A DNA stretch of 64,000 nt from Pavona decussata (Eukaryota), in the NCBI GenBank assembly GCA_977016875.1, contig CDRNST010000027.1, forward strand, positions 2,914,001-2,978,000. The letters run 5' to 3'. A model generated the notes under the pieces. That model saw only the letters and a list, made by a program, of their open reading frames with translations, searched no databases and was not told where the DNA came from. How positions within the stretch are numbered: position 1 is the first letter of the stretch; each line of letters opens with the position of its first letter. This document shows, one piece after another, positions 21,519 through 34,599 of the stretch. The position numbers were made by a program, and so were the translations under genes.

Positions 21519-24459
21519 GCCCTTCTCATGATTGGCCACTTTTGAATTACTAGCTTGAAACTGTCGTGTTTAGCACTCCATTTTTTCGTTGTTACTATAC
21601 GTGCAGACCAGCAAACGCTTTTTAGCTTTTTCCGAACATGTCTCAAAAGACAACAAATCGGATTATCATCTATTCCGAGCATTTTGTCTGAGATATTCCT
21701 AGAGGGACTCTCCCTAAGGCGCAGAAAGGATGCGAAAAGGAGGTATTCAAGTGGAAAGGGAATTGGGAAACAACAGATTAAAAATAATTACAAACGACAA
21801 ATCTGAAATTGTAGGCAAACGTTTTTTTAAGATGTGCCAGCCCTGTTACGCAGCCGGATAGCTTGATTACACGGAAGCGGTTTAAACTGTGGACAACTTC
21901 AGACCAAAGGGATAAAAACGTTGTTTTTCCTCGTCATTTTCACCAAAATTAAAAGGGTGTTTGTGGTCTGTATTTTTTTTACATACCCTGGTTAACACCC
22001 AATCAAAGCATCCAATCTCATTTGCGTTTCGGCTACTAACTCAAGCCTCAGGAAAGAATAGTGAAATATCGGGCGCTAAAAATAAGTCCAACAACTACAC
22101 CATAACGTGCATACTTCTTGAGAATGGCTTAATTTAAGTCGAACATACCGCAGATTTGATTGTTATCTGTGATTTTAATTGTATTGGACGCGACGTCTTG
22201 CGTGCAACTGCATAGACGATTTTTCCGAAAAATCAGTCAAAAACCGGAAACCGCAAGCCACGACGGCATCTTTCTCAAATTGGTTCCGTGGCTCGCGTGT
22301 CCGTTTCGTCCAGCGAGAAGTAATTGGTAACTTTCAGCGTTAACAGCCTTATTGGAGAACGAAATGACAGAATAAACAGAGCTATTAAATAGCGGATGTG
22401 AATAATAGCAATCAGAGAATTGAACTGTTCGCTCTGTACATCGTCTCCGCCCTTTCAGAAGCACGCCGATAATTAATCGCCTTTCAATTCAGTTTTCTAA
22501 GTGCCAAGTGTTAGAATCTTAGTTGCTTAACTGACTAGTTTCTAGCTATAATAAGTTTAAAGGAGTTGTGAATATTTTAATTTGAATTAAACTCACATCT
22601 GCTGAACTTGGGATTTGAACTCGATTGTCGGACATTGTCCTCAACCAGGTATCCAACAAACAGTTTCGGCACAAGAGGCAATCGGAAGAATTAGAGCAGT
22701 ATGACAAAGAATCCAAACTTTCCAAATCCGATTATACGATTATAATTAAAGCTTAATGTTTATCCCCTGAGAATCACCGAGGGGTCATTCTAGAACGCAC
22801 AAAGAGTTTTGACGAGACGTATGGAAACAGGCTCATGTTTGAATCTATTCAGTTTTTTTGTTTTTACTCTCCAGTTCAACTCCTTTAGTGCTCCAAAAAC
22901 AACAAACGATATAGGCGGATTCTTTCTTCTTCTTTCTTTTCTCCTTAGTATCAGTCACGGGGTAGACCGATAAATGTGTCATAAACAGTTCAAAGTGAGA
23001 AAATGTGCAGTTCTAAGTAAAAATCCAAGATGATGGAGCATTTATGAAAGATTGACTTCAAGCATAGTTGCCTTTTTGCAGGCAACGCCGTATTTTTGCA
23101 TCATTCTGCTCCATATTAATGTCAAGTAGATCTCTTTTACTAAAACATACGCAACTGCTACAAAGCAGAAAATCAGTAGAAACTGAAGATCTTGAAGTTT
23201 GGCATCGAGCGATCTACCCTCAAGGTTGAGTCTTTGGCCACGAATAGCCTTGAATGGATTCATGGAGTGTACAATGTACGTATCTGTGAAAATTGGGTTG
23301 AATTCTGTCGCGATGTTTTGAGAATCCTCTCTCGAGTAAGATTTCAGTTGCCTTCCTTTCAAACTGTATAACGTGATATCTCAGAACTTGGCCAGCGTTG
23401 TAGGACTTTGTGTACAAGCAAACTAATTTAGCCGAAGTCATAATTGTAGCCAAATTTGTACCAAAGATATGTCGCCAAAATCGCGGCAACCTAGCACAGG
23501 AAACGACCAGAAAATAGGTAAATTTTCAAAAAGGAAAATTGTTGAGGAATGTTAATCCGAGAGAGATTATGAACCGATCGAAACGTAAAAAAAGGCCGTT
23601 CAATTGTTTCCCCAGAATTGTGCTAAGTAGTTGCCCGGAAACGATCAAAAGGAAGATGCCTTCAAGTGTCTACATATTTTTTTTACCTGTATGAAATGTG
23701 TTGCCTGCGGTTTGGAATTGGCCGAATGTGGCCACGATTAATTCTTTGACGCAATTAAATATTTTCCAGTGTATTTCAAGAAACTAGCCCGTCCTACAAT
23801 TAAACTGAATGAGAGAACTGATAGCAACAGTAGCAACTGACGTGAAATATAACAGCAACAATGAAACATTAAACCTCAGGAATCGGCGAATTGACCATGT
23901 ACCGCGAAATATCGACACTCCCAGTTGCGTTTAAGTTTTCCATATTGTGCATTTGTCTTTAAAACTTTCTTCGATCTGCGTTAGTATGAAATTCAGTTTG
24001 TGCCGGCCATAGATTTGTAGAGACTATGACACTTCCAGGAATCAAATTTTACGAAAATCATTTCAACTGACATTGCGTGATATCAGAGTCCATCGACCGA
24101 ACCCCTAAGAACGTCTGCGTGGGAGGCTACCCTGAATAGCCAGTCACCAAACAAGCAAGTGGAGCTCCCATAGAAACAAATTCCGAAAAACACTTGTTCA
24201 TAACCGATTTTACCAGTAGCTTATACGATTGTTAAATGACTCAGTAAAATATGGTTAGGCGTGCTATTGCAGACACGCACAAGGCACTTACCGCACTTAA
24301 TAAAGGGAAAAGCGTGGGGTGTTTGATGCGAAAATCCGGTGAGTGGTGCAGTCCCTTGGACTGGATTTAACCGAGTCCCCGACGAAACGTGAAAAATAAA
24401 TGAAAAAAGTAGACAGAACGAAAGCAAGATAGACAAAAAGGACGCAATACCCACAGCAA

Positions 24460-24630
24460 TGGTTCCTCAGCCATATTTTGCAGAGGAGTACTTAAAAATA
24501 TGAAAGAAAGAAAGAAAAAAGCGGTTCCTTCAAGTCTATTCTGAGTGGCTCCACTTCCATTTGTTGCAGAGGGTACTGAGAAAATATTAAAGAAAGAACT
24601 AAACAGGGTTCCTTTAAAGTCTATTCCAGT
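24460..24630 (+). repeat. Diverged two-copy tandem repeat, ~85-bp unit
   Basis: ttgcagagg.gtact..aaaatat.aaagaaagaa...ggttcctt.aagtctatt occurs twice. Confidence 0.75.
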
Positions 24631-25507
24631 GCAATCGATAAATCATATGGTACAAGACATTCAGATGACTCGAAAGAAGAACCTCAGTGATAACAAGTAT
24701 GTCAAAGATTTTACTTCGGCCCAGATGAGAAAATAACAATTCTTTCAGCAGTCGGGTTATGTTATGCTACAACTGCTACTTGATTTGCATGACAGAAATA
24801 GAACAAATTTTATGTAACTCTCAGTTTACTCATAATTACTTCAGACTCAGTTTGCAGACACAAATTAAACATGTTGTAATTGGAGGACAATTCTATTATA
24901 ATTGATTTATAATGTGAATATGTCTGTAGTCACTTCCTTAATTGAGTATATTGGAATTTTCACTTATGCCCGCCTTAACGCATCAGCACTTGAAGCCTAC
25001 CTCAAGAACTCGCCGAAAATTATTTTAATATCCTGTACGCAACATAGTATCGTACCCTTCCTTCCAACAGCCAAGCCTCCATGGTTCCCTCGGTATACAG
25101 TCGGCCAGCCTTTGAGTCTGGTGCATGGCCTTTCAAATGAGCCATTACTTTTTTTTTCCCCAACATTCCTTTGTTTTTCGTGGCAAACAAAATTAAATCT
25201 TAAAAGGATATTTGTCTGATGGGCTGAATTTGAATTTCGTTTCCGTCTTTGTCGATTAAAACAGAGTTGTATTTTTGGAAAAGGCATTATGAGAGTAGTT
25301 GGCAATGTCGTAATTCGATTGTTGGTGACGTCTTTCGCGATCTGCATTTCCTCTGGTGAGCGGAGAAAATTAAACTGTCTAAGGTGGCCTAGATATAGAT
25401 CACATTAACTGATAAAAAAGTAAGTGTTTAGTTTGTGGGTGGGACATTTAATTAGTCTGTGACATTTTTGTAGTTATCACACAAAAATAAATAATCCAGT
25501 GAAATAA

Positions 25508-25910
25508 CAGGAGCACCCAACAGCGGTTCATTTCGGTGGATATCTCTTTGGAAGGCGTTAATCGCCCTCAGAAATTCTGATTTACTCGTGAAGAAAATCT
25601 GGTATCATGATTTTCTTCGAAAAATTGTCACTTATCACTTCAAAACTAATTCCTTTCATTTTCGAAGGGGCAAATATGTCGTTAAAAATTCGAGAAAGGT
25701 CAGCCAGCCGGCGTTTCTGTAAAACCAACAAAAGCTAGTAAATCTGGGGAATAAACTTCGTTTCCTAAATAGTTCTGCCACTTAGAGTTTCAGCTAAAGC
25801 ATCCGAACAAATTGCATTAACTTGCTCAAAAAAGGGCAGAAAACGATCTGGGACTCACAGGAGACAGCATTTTAAGCCAGTTCTGCTTATTAAATATTCT
25901 CGTGCCCCTG
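25508..25910. mobile_element. hAT-like MITE
   Basis: CAGGAGCAC...GTGCCCCTG termini, flanked on both sides by aaataa. Confidence 0.55.
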
Positions 25911-26911
25911 AAATAATACCGTGACACATGTAAATTGTAGCCAAACGAAAGCCTTCAATGCCATCGCACATAATAATTCAGTTCCAATTGGTCTAGTTGT
26001 GCTTTAAATCGACCTTTCATTTGGAAATAAACAGTTCTTGTGCTATGCAGTGGAAAAGATTCCGCCGGGCCATAAATGGTCATAAATCCCTATCCAGACA
26101 AATCGATCGTCAGGATAAGCCGATCGAATTTAAACATTTAATTGCCAATGCAACTAATAGTTTTACCATAAGCTGTTTTATTAGTTTTTTCCCTCTCATC
26201 CCCATCCGTTTTATTCATTTGAGTTGGTCACCGTAAAGGTGTCCACCCCTCTGGAGGCCAGAATCACCCATCGAGTTTTATATTTTTGCTCCAACCCGCC
26301 CGGGACATAACGAATTGCGACAACAAGAGTCTAACAGCATTTTAGAAAAACGCATTACATCATAGCCAAAGAAAATTTCCAAATATTTCATACCTTTCTA
26401 TTAAAGGAGCCAGCCTCCGTAGAATTCAAAAAACACGATTTATTTTTGCAGACATCCGTCAGCAGGCTTCCCCAAGCGTTTGGGATTCAACCGGATACCC
26501 TGAGTAAATAATAATCAAACATTTAATGTGTGTAGGAGGTCTTTATCAATCCCCGCCTTCTTGGGAAGAATAAGTGACAACAAAATGGTTGTATTTTTCT
26601 CTCGGCTGTGATTTCGCCAGCCTCTTTAATCGATGAAGTTTATAACTATTTTTTCGACAAACATCTTTTTTCTGCTCAGACGACAGATGAGGCCGACATT
26701 TTTTGAGTCCTTGATGCCTCACCTCCAATCTGAGCAAAGGTTAAGGAGACTGCATGAATTGAGAAGCACTTTTAGTGATTATCCGGATTAACGTTTCTAA
26801 TCAAGCGTTTTTCAAATACCTGTGAACGCCTAACGTCGTATAAAGGTAATAACCGAGACGCCTTTAATCAGAAGTGTACAGTCGTTGGCTGAAGCATTTT
26901 GATGTTGCAAG

Positions 26912-27386
26912 ATGTCGATAGTCCGAGTCTTGTTTCTCGTAATTATAGCTTTTCATTCAACAGATGGATTTTTTCATCCATCTGAGAGGTGCGAGGAAAT
27001 TTTTATTCCTCTGTGCGGCAGTGTTCTACCGTACAACCTTACACAGTTCCCCAATTTGCTTGGTGACCGAAGCCAAGTTTTAGCCAACATATCGATGCTG
27101 CGATATGGCTCGTTAATTGAGCATGCCAACTGCTCCAAGAACGCTGTGTTTTTTTTCTGCTCGTTCTTTCTGCCCATCTGTGTACCAGGAATTCACGATC
27201 ACGACGACTCCGAAGAGAACATTTTCAAACCCTGCCGTTTTCTGTGTGAGCAAGTACGTTCCGACTGCTTTGAGAAGATGGGGCCAGATGAGTGGCCGAG
27301 TTTTGCGAAGTGTGAGGAGCTCCCCCAGTTCTCGGCCAGTGTTTGCATCAGTCCGGAGTCATTTATTTCAGCCCCCAAACCCTCAA
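26912..27386 (+). CDS. SFRP3/4: Secreted frizzled-related protein (sFRP3/4, FRZB-like), exon 1: signal peptide and Frizzled CRD
   Basis: Hydrophobic N-terminus and ten CRD cysteines with Frizzled spacing (CEEIFIPLC, YNLTQFPNLL, FFCSFFLPIC, PCRFLCEQVRSDC, WP..KC, VCISPE). Donor A|gtaagt. The ending VCISPE resembles sFRP3/4. Confidence 0.9.
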
Positions 27387-30165
27387 GTAAGTTAAAAGGT
27401 GTTTTATTAATATGGTTAGTCTCATGATAGAGAAGCGGAGAAGTACACAAAACAGATAAGCCTTCAGTTTAAGCGTTTATTTGAACGTAAAGAAAACTAC
27501 ACCGACAACACACTTAGCTGAATTGCCTAACTTTTTTTATCCGGCGCACTCTGACCAGCGATAAAAAAAATTGTAAACTAGAATTGAAGATAAGAAACAT
27601 TAACATGAAGTATTAGGAAGCTTCAGTTACACCATTTGACTCTATCAATAACAACAACAACATCAACAGCAGCAACAGCAACAGCAACAAACGGGCATTT
27701 GGCATGTTTTTATCGCGAGGCATTTAACCACAATCAAGCTTATACTCTTGTTCAGCATGTTTATGTTGTTGACCGCAGAAAGAAAATCCGCAAAAATTTT
27801 ACTGCAGAATAACTACCATTTGTTATGACTGAGTTTCTTGTTTCTGTCAAAGAACTGAAATAAGCCATACTGGCAGCTTAGTTTAGACAAACTATTTCAT
27901 TGGGTAGGCAATGTAGTTTAATAGCATTATCCAAAAATCGTTTCATCTGGCTCTTAATTTGCAATTACCCAAATAGAAGAAAAATGTATATATCACATTT
28001 TACCGTCAATGTCTTTCAATTAAACGTATTTTTTGCACTACTGTAAATACCTGTTTGCGATAAACTGCTTCAAATTCTCTTTTCTTCCATGTGCCCGTAA
28101 TTCAGGTTTTACAGAAACGTTGGCTGCAGATATATCACGGCTCTGAATTGCATTGCATGGCCTCATTTTTACAATATCTAAAATACATTCAAATTGCGGG
28201 ATTTGTGTTTAATTTTCTTCGACACTCTCTTACAATTTGAATCGTAATAAAAGCGATACTCGTCACTGCCGTCAACAACCAATCAAAATGGATGCCTGAT
28301 GTCCACTACATAAAGTCTTTTTGCTATAAGCTCACAATCTAATCATTCTTGCACATGGAGGATTTCATCCTTTATTCCTTAAAAATCCGATAAGCACCTC
28401 CAATCTCCAAGTAGGGATTCTTGAAATTTGCAAAAGCGCTGTTACTATCAGCATCTCACTTTTGCGTTGACAGGGTGACACACCCAGTCTCAATTGCCAC
28501 TTTTGGTTCATGTATGCAGTTAAATATCCTCTGTTGATCGGAAATGCGTGTTTTCCTCTACAAAGTGTTAGATAAACTAATTGCTTTCGTTATCTTGATC
28601 CAGACCTTGGCCAGATTCATTGAAATGCAATTCTCTTTTTTAAAATTCCTTGCTGGCTTGCGTTAAACGATGTAGAAACGAAAGCTACTGAGACTTTCTA
28701 GCGGTACAATGTGCTCAGCTGTTTTGCCGAGCAAAATATGATCGTACGTTTTGGGTCTGTAAAAGAAATCACAAAATGCTACCATACAAACGACAGCTAT
28801 GGAGACTGAGTACCTTCTTTTAATGATTGTTATATTCTGGTTGTTAAAGATGATGTTAACCTCTGGAAGCCACTGATAAGTACTTTCTTATCTTACCGTG
28901 TTGGTCAGTATGACGTTAGCTGAAATCGTAGAAATTTATCGGCCTCCATGTTTATTAACAAACCAGAAATGTGGTTTTACACCCACGTCCTTGCATTCTG
29001 AAATGTTGCCAAATCGAGATACCAAACTTTCAAATGAAAAGGATTATCATTGAAATTTATACGACGACCATAAGTATACAACGATAAGCCAGCATGTAAG
29101 CAAAGTAATTGGCATCTTGCCTTTTTCCTCTCTTCTCGCCGTGAGGCAGTTTAGGATAAACTTTTCAGGATGGAGTTTTACCGCTGCCATGCCGCTATCG
29201 TTAATCGTTTGCGCATAAGCCAAAGTGAATCATATTCACAAAAATAAACGCAAACAACAATAAAAGAAAACTATTCAGAATTTGGACTCATCACCGTTCA
29301 TCTTTGAGTTCAAGAGGTACACATAAAACAACAAAAGCAGCTATAGCTAAACAAAAAACCCAATAAATACATAAACAAACAAACAAACAAACAAACAAAC
29401 AAAAAAACAGAAATAGTGTTGTCACTGTGACAACTAGTCTGGCTACGTATCGAGTAAAATTATGAAGGAGCTCGCCTCAACGACATCGCGCTCTTCACCG
29501 GAAGGATCTAGTTTCTAGTTACACTCTAAACTTAGTAGCTGAAAAAATACAAAACTACCTAAAAAAATGACATGAGTGTAATCACAGAGCTTGGCACTGT
29601 GTTTGTCTTCTTCAATAAGTATGCTTTCGTCCAATTCGAGAACGAGGCTCTACTGTGCATGTTTAACAGGCAAAGCATTTGCACACGCACTTAGTTCTCC
29701 CTGAGAATTTGAACGTGATATTCAGGTTAAATACTTTCTTGGAGAAGTGCCTGAATCTTAAAGTGTCAAGATTTTACTTAATCATGACGTATAGATGGTT
29801 GGCAACCGCTGCAATCCAGCCATTAATTCATTCTTTCTAAATTTTATAGTTTTTGAAAGCTAATTTCTCCGCAACATATCATTATAATCAGTTTAAAAGT
29901 GTACCGCCTTGTTAGTAGCGCATTGTTTGATGCAGCTAGTACACATTAGTCAGTTAATTTGGGTAGAAAAGGACAATAACAGAACATCGATTACTCACAG
30001 AATAGCTTGAGAAAATGCTTAAGTATACAGGTAGGAAAATTTTAAAAAATATGTAACTGAATTATCGGATTTGTTAATTAGCTGAATTATTAGTTTATTT
30101 AATCATGTATTTTGCGTCTTGATGATCTTCTAAACTATCGTCTTATCCAATCTTTGGGCATTTAG

Positions 30166-30213
30166 ATGCATACCAAGGAAATCCTGCAGCTGATTACGAC
30201 CAATTTGATTATG
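30166..30213 (+). CDS. SFRP3/4: sFRP3/4-like exon 2 (48-nt micro-exon)
   Basis: tttag|ATGCA...GATTATG|gtaagg, phase 1 to 1, encoding (N)AYQGNPAADYDQFDY. Joined to exon 3 it gives the NTR-like DY-VIRFKV. Confidence 0.7.
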
Positions 30214-31092
30214 GTAAGGGCTTACTGGGTTATTTTTCGTTTTTTCTCCTGCCCCAAAACAAACATTTCTCGTTTCTCCGGTTTACCCTTGATGTAAATG
30301 ACCCGCTTCGACCACTTGTGGGAGTTGCGGCTTTCGTCTATAACATGAACATTTCATCTTAAATGATGGATTAGTTTCACAAGGTTTAGTGTACATACGA
30401 TGGGGTGCTATTCATGACCTATATAAGTCCATATAACATAGCTAGAGATTTACACAAAAGCTTGACGTTCTACCCACAAGGCGGCGCGCCAGCAATAAGC
30501 GGTTACCGTCGATCTGCGTTTGCGGTTCGAAACGAAAAATGCAGTTGTGGTTTTCTTGAGATGTTTTGACGTTGCGCCATAATTTCGTTGAAGGAAGTTT
30601 TCGTATTGAAGAATGTGACAGCTATAATTGCACTAAATTCTTCATATTTTGTTAAGTGTAAAAAGCTGGCGGGTAACTAGTTATCAGTCGCCTGTAATAT
30701 AAAAAGACAATAATTGGTTTAGAATTAGGCTAATAATTATAACAGAACGATTTAAAACTTCCAAATAAATACCCGCGTTGAATTTGAAGAACACATCAAG
30801 AGTCTCTCTCGTATACGCGTAAAGAAAATTAAAATGGCGGGAAAATCGTGACAGTGAGTTTATTTTTACCATTCACTTAAAACAGTGGCGCTTTATTCGC
30901 AAACGCGAACGGTAACCAGAAATCTGGAACCCCTCCTCCTCCCCCCAGAGTTTGCTTGACCTGTGTGGCGGAGGAGCGCGAGTACAAGATGCAAAATTCC
31001 TGCGCTGCAAATGACTTGGCGCAGTCAAAAGTCATTCTCTCATTCATTTTGCCACCATAAGTACTCATGGCGATTTCTCGGGTATCTTTCAG

Positions 31093-31418
31093 TTATTAGA
31101 TTCAAAGTTGTCCTTATCGAGAGACTTGAAAACAAAACGATAATACGAGGACGAGTCAGGGAAGTGTTCAAACAAAGTAACGTCACCATCAGCAAGGGCC
31201 GGCGCCGTGTGAAGATTTGGAGCAGCTCCAACTCTACTGGCCCATCCCTTATCTCGGGAAAGTCTTTCTTGATTGGTGGTCACGAGGATGCGTCAAAACG
31301 AAAGCTACTTTTGTCATCAACAAGTTTAATTGTGGCTTGGAGTAAGCAGACTTGTAAAAGGATAAGAAAATGGCAAAAGCAGGGAACAAATGGGGGGAAG
31401 AAAGGAGGAAGAAGGTGA
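31093..31418 (+). CDS. SFRP3/4: sFRP3/4-like exon 3: NTR/C345C (netrin-like) domain
   Basis: tctttcag acceptor, phase 1. VIRFKV...VREVFK...FLIGGHED...LLL...IVAW...IRKW follows the NTR pattern and is strongly basic. The spliced model is 282 aa. Confidence 0.82.
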
Positions 31419-32199
31419 GCTGTACGTCATGAGTTTGCTGGAATAAACTTAGGGATATGTCTAGGAATGCACGCTAATGAGATGCATAAATGTATGATAG
31501 GTGTCCTCTTACTAAAACTCAAATAATTCTGTCATACATGAAGTCGTATGAAAATGACAAAAAGGCCTGTCTTATATAAAGTACCCAAATGCAGGGTTAG
31601 GTGCATTTCTGGACATCGGTGAAACTTAGTAGCGAACTTTGTGGAGTTTTTGCGTAGTAGTGAGCTAATTCACCACCAACTTGCATATTTTAAGAAAATG
31701 GTGTGATTTTGAACTCAGCATTTTCCTGCGATAAATAGTGTTTGTTTGAAAATATTTTCCAGAATGGAATTTGAGATTTTGAGATTGTTTTCAATCAGCA
31801 GTTTGATTTCGTGATTTCGGTTACGATGATTTCAGTTGCAGAATTAACAGTTGCTTGAATTTCTGCTGAAATGTGTACTGGCATACTGTTACTCTCTTGA
31901 TTTCGGGGCTTCACAGCCATCATAGTGAAAACTATACCAGTGCTGGTATGGAAATGGTTTTTAATTTGCAACACTAGTGCAAATGTTTACCTTTTCCACA
32001 CTGACACTAGTGCAAGCGCCACTGAAAGAGTGTTCCTTGCCATGTTTTTTTCTTGAATTCCTTTCACTCTCTCCTTTCTAAACGCTTGGAAAAAATGACA
32101 ACTTAGCATAGGAACCCATGGCTAGGAGAATTTCAGGGTGGTCGCTTATTCGAAGGTGGGCGTTAATTAAGTTTTTGGTCTTTCAGGGTGGGCACTTAT

Positions 32200-32381
32200 A
32201 CAGCGAAAAACGCACAACCATAAACGCTTGCTTCGCAGGTTACTAACATTAAGCCTTGATAGCCGAGTGATTTACGCCCACCTTCGAATATATTCGAAGG
32301 TGGGCGTAAATCACTCGGCTATCAAGGCTTAATGTTAGTAACCTGCGAAGCAAGCGTTTATGGTTGTGCGTTTTTCGCTGT
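32200..32381. repeat. Perfect palindrome, 91-bp arms, no spacer
   Basis: Centre ccttcgaata|tattcgaagg at 32290/32291; the arms are exact reverse complements. Confidence 0.95.
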
Positions 32382-33616
32382 TTGACCGCGAGGAAATTAA
32401 GAAGAGAACGAAAAAACAACAACAACAAAAAACGGTCGCCCCATTTCGCGCGCATCCAAAATACGGAAATCGGCTTTTAATGCAGAAAACGCCACGCAAA
32501 CGCTTGCTTTGCAGCCTAAGTGTGAGAGATAGACGCTCCTGCTTACCATTATGTATCGCTCTGGCAATCCAAAATACCAGATTTTTTCATTGTTCAGTAG
32601 TCTATGACCGACACAATGGCTCATTAGAAATTTCAGCTGGAAATTGCTGTAAGAAACAACTAACGTACCTCTCTTTATCGTTTTGTTTCTGTTTCAGCTG
32701 TTTCAGAGTGCCAGATACATAAAAGCATTCAGTTATGGTTGGATTTAACAAAGAATCTTAATTTAAAGGCGAATCCTGCCACAAGTACAAACTGATGAAC
32801 TAGCAGAGTCAAAATGTAGAGTTAAGTCCTATTTAATTTAATGGGCGGGTTATAAAATTACGCGAGGCAATGTTATCTGACTGAAGTGTCGGATCTAAGG
32901 AGAGGCCGGATATCGCCGTGAATCAGGGGTATCGCCGTGAACCCCTTTTCAACAGATCCTTTAAATTTACAGTGTGACATTAGCCAGGAGAAAGTCACGA
33001 CCTCTTGCATTGAGAACTTTACGTTGCAAGGATTTCTTCGAAATAAACCTCAATCTTTCCCAAAAATAAAAAGAATGGTGCACGTAAATTAGTTTCGTAT
33101 TGTGTACTAAAAAACGGTAATAGAAATTTTCCTTAGCAGCTACGGTTTGAAGGGTAACATTTGCACCCCCCCTCCCCCACCGTCATAACAAAATCCGGCC
33201 CCCTGTATTGCAACCTCGTTTCCAGGACTTTTCCCTTGGAACGAGGTTGCCTGCATTGCCCAATGTAAGTGTTCATTTCTTAACCTGTCCCCAGCTTCCG
33301 TGATAGAAGTAAATACAACGCATAGGACTATAAACAGCGTTATTTTGATTTGATTTTAGACTATGCCATGTGCATAACGCAACAGCAGTAACGGCATTTT
33401 AGTGTTACCTTTGGTTTAAACTTTTTTTCCGGAGTAGTTCCAAGAAGTTCAGGCCTGGACAATTTTACATTCCATTTACTAAATGATGGCAAAACAACTA
33501 GCACTAAAGAAAAGTCCTGGGGCCGGATGTACGCAGAGACTGCATAGCTCTCTAAGTAAAGATGCACAGCGAAGCCCCGTTAGTACGGCCACCAACACGC
33601 CATGACAAATTTAGTA

Positions 33617-33876
33617 GGGAGCAGGGATGGCACGGTGGTGAGAGCACTCGCCTCCCACCAATGTGGCCCGGGTTCGATTCTCGGACTCGACGTCATATGT
33701 GGGTTGAGTTTGTTGTTGGTTCTCGTCCTTGCTCCGAGGGTTTTTCTCCGGGTTCTCCGGTTTTCCTCCCTCCACAAAAAACAACATTTCCAAATTCCAA
33801 TTCGATCTGGAATCCGAGGGCCACAGGTTTGTCAGTCGTCAGACTGTTAAGTGTCACTCTCCTTAAACAAAGTTGA
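33617..33876 (+). mobile_element. Near-intact tRNA-derived SINE with a V-domain-like core, inserted in a Tc1-type MITE
   Basis: A box TGGCACGGTGG, B box GGTTCGATTC, core GGGTTTTTCTCCGGGTTCTCCGGTTTTCCTCCC. The host's inverted motifs cccgttagtacggcca and tggccgtactaacggg flank it. Confidence 0.85.
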
Positions 33877-33969
33877 AAGTTGATTGGCCGTACTAACGGG
33901 GTGGCTTCATTAAAGAGGTAGGATCGAATTTCACGCCTGGTCTCTTTCATGACAGTTAAATCACAATCC

Positions 33970-34215
33970 AACGTACGGACAAAGATGGCGGCTGTACGTC
34001 TACTACAATACTTTGGGAACCAAACACAGCCAATAGTCTCTTAGCCAGCCAATTTTCTTTACGAAAATCGTCCTTGTACTATCAACATTGTGTATGCATT
34101 GTTTGAAGTTTTTAGAAATTTTTCTGTGCGTTTTTACGAGCGTTTTAACGTTTTCGTTCGCTCGAGAGTCAGATTATGGGCTATGTACCAGTCGCCATCT
34201 TTTTCGGTACGGTGG
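33970..34215. mobile_element. MITE
   Basis: Inverted ends cgtacggacaaagatggcggctg and cagtcgccatctttttcggtacg. Confidence 0.6.
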
Positions 34216-34357
34216 CTTGCACTAATCTAGACAAATGTTATTAAGCATCCAGAATGCAGATACAATTCAATTATTATTGTACATAGTAAAATAAACGTAA
34301 CTGAATTTTACAAACAGGAACAACCTGCTTTTCGTTTGTCACTTATTTGTCCTCCTG

Positions 34358-34596
34358 GCGCCAGTTGTTTAAAAAGTGGATAACTTTATCCACTGGATAA
34401 TTTAGTCACCATCCATCGGAGCAAATTTACTCCAAACAACGCTTTTGTCAAGTTTTCCACACAACCACAAATTTGACATACGCTTCTACTCTATCGACAA
34501 ATTATAGGGCTATCGGGAAAATCTTGTACACATTTCATCTGCCGGATGGTGACCTATCCAGTGGATGAAATTACCCGCTCTTTGAACAACTGGGGC
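34358..34596. mobile_element. Harbinger-type MITE A
   Basis: gcgccagttgtt...aacaactggggc, flanked by CTG on both sides. Confidence 0.75.
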
Positions 34597-34599
34597 CTG

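Noticed and set aside
30963-31092. 5' part of the 151-aa ORF as coding sequence
   Set aside because: NTR similarity begins at the acceptor at 31092/31093, so the upstream part is probably intron.
32792-32820. Second hammerhead-like motif (ctgatga-actagcagagtc-aaaatgta; a similar one on the minus strand at ~53828-53851)
   Set aside because: It lacks an intact GAAA and a convincing stem I. At best it is a decayed relic.
33617-33690. tRNA gene
   Set aside because: A and B boxes are present, but there is no complete cloverleaf and the sequence continues into a SINE body.
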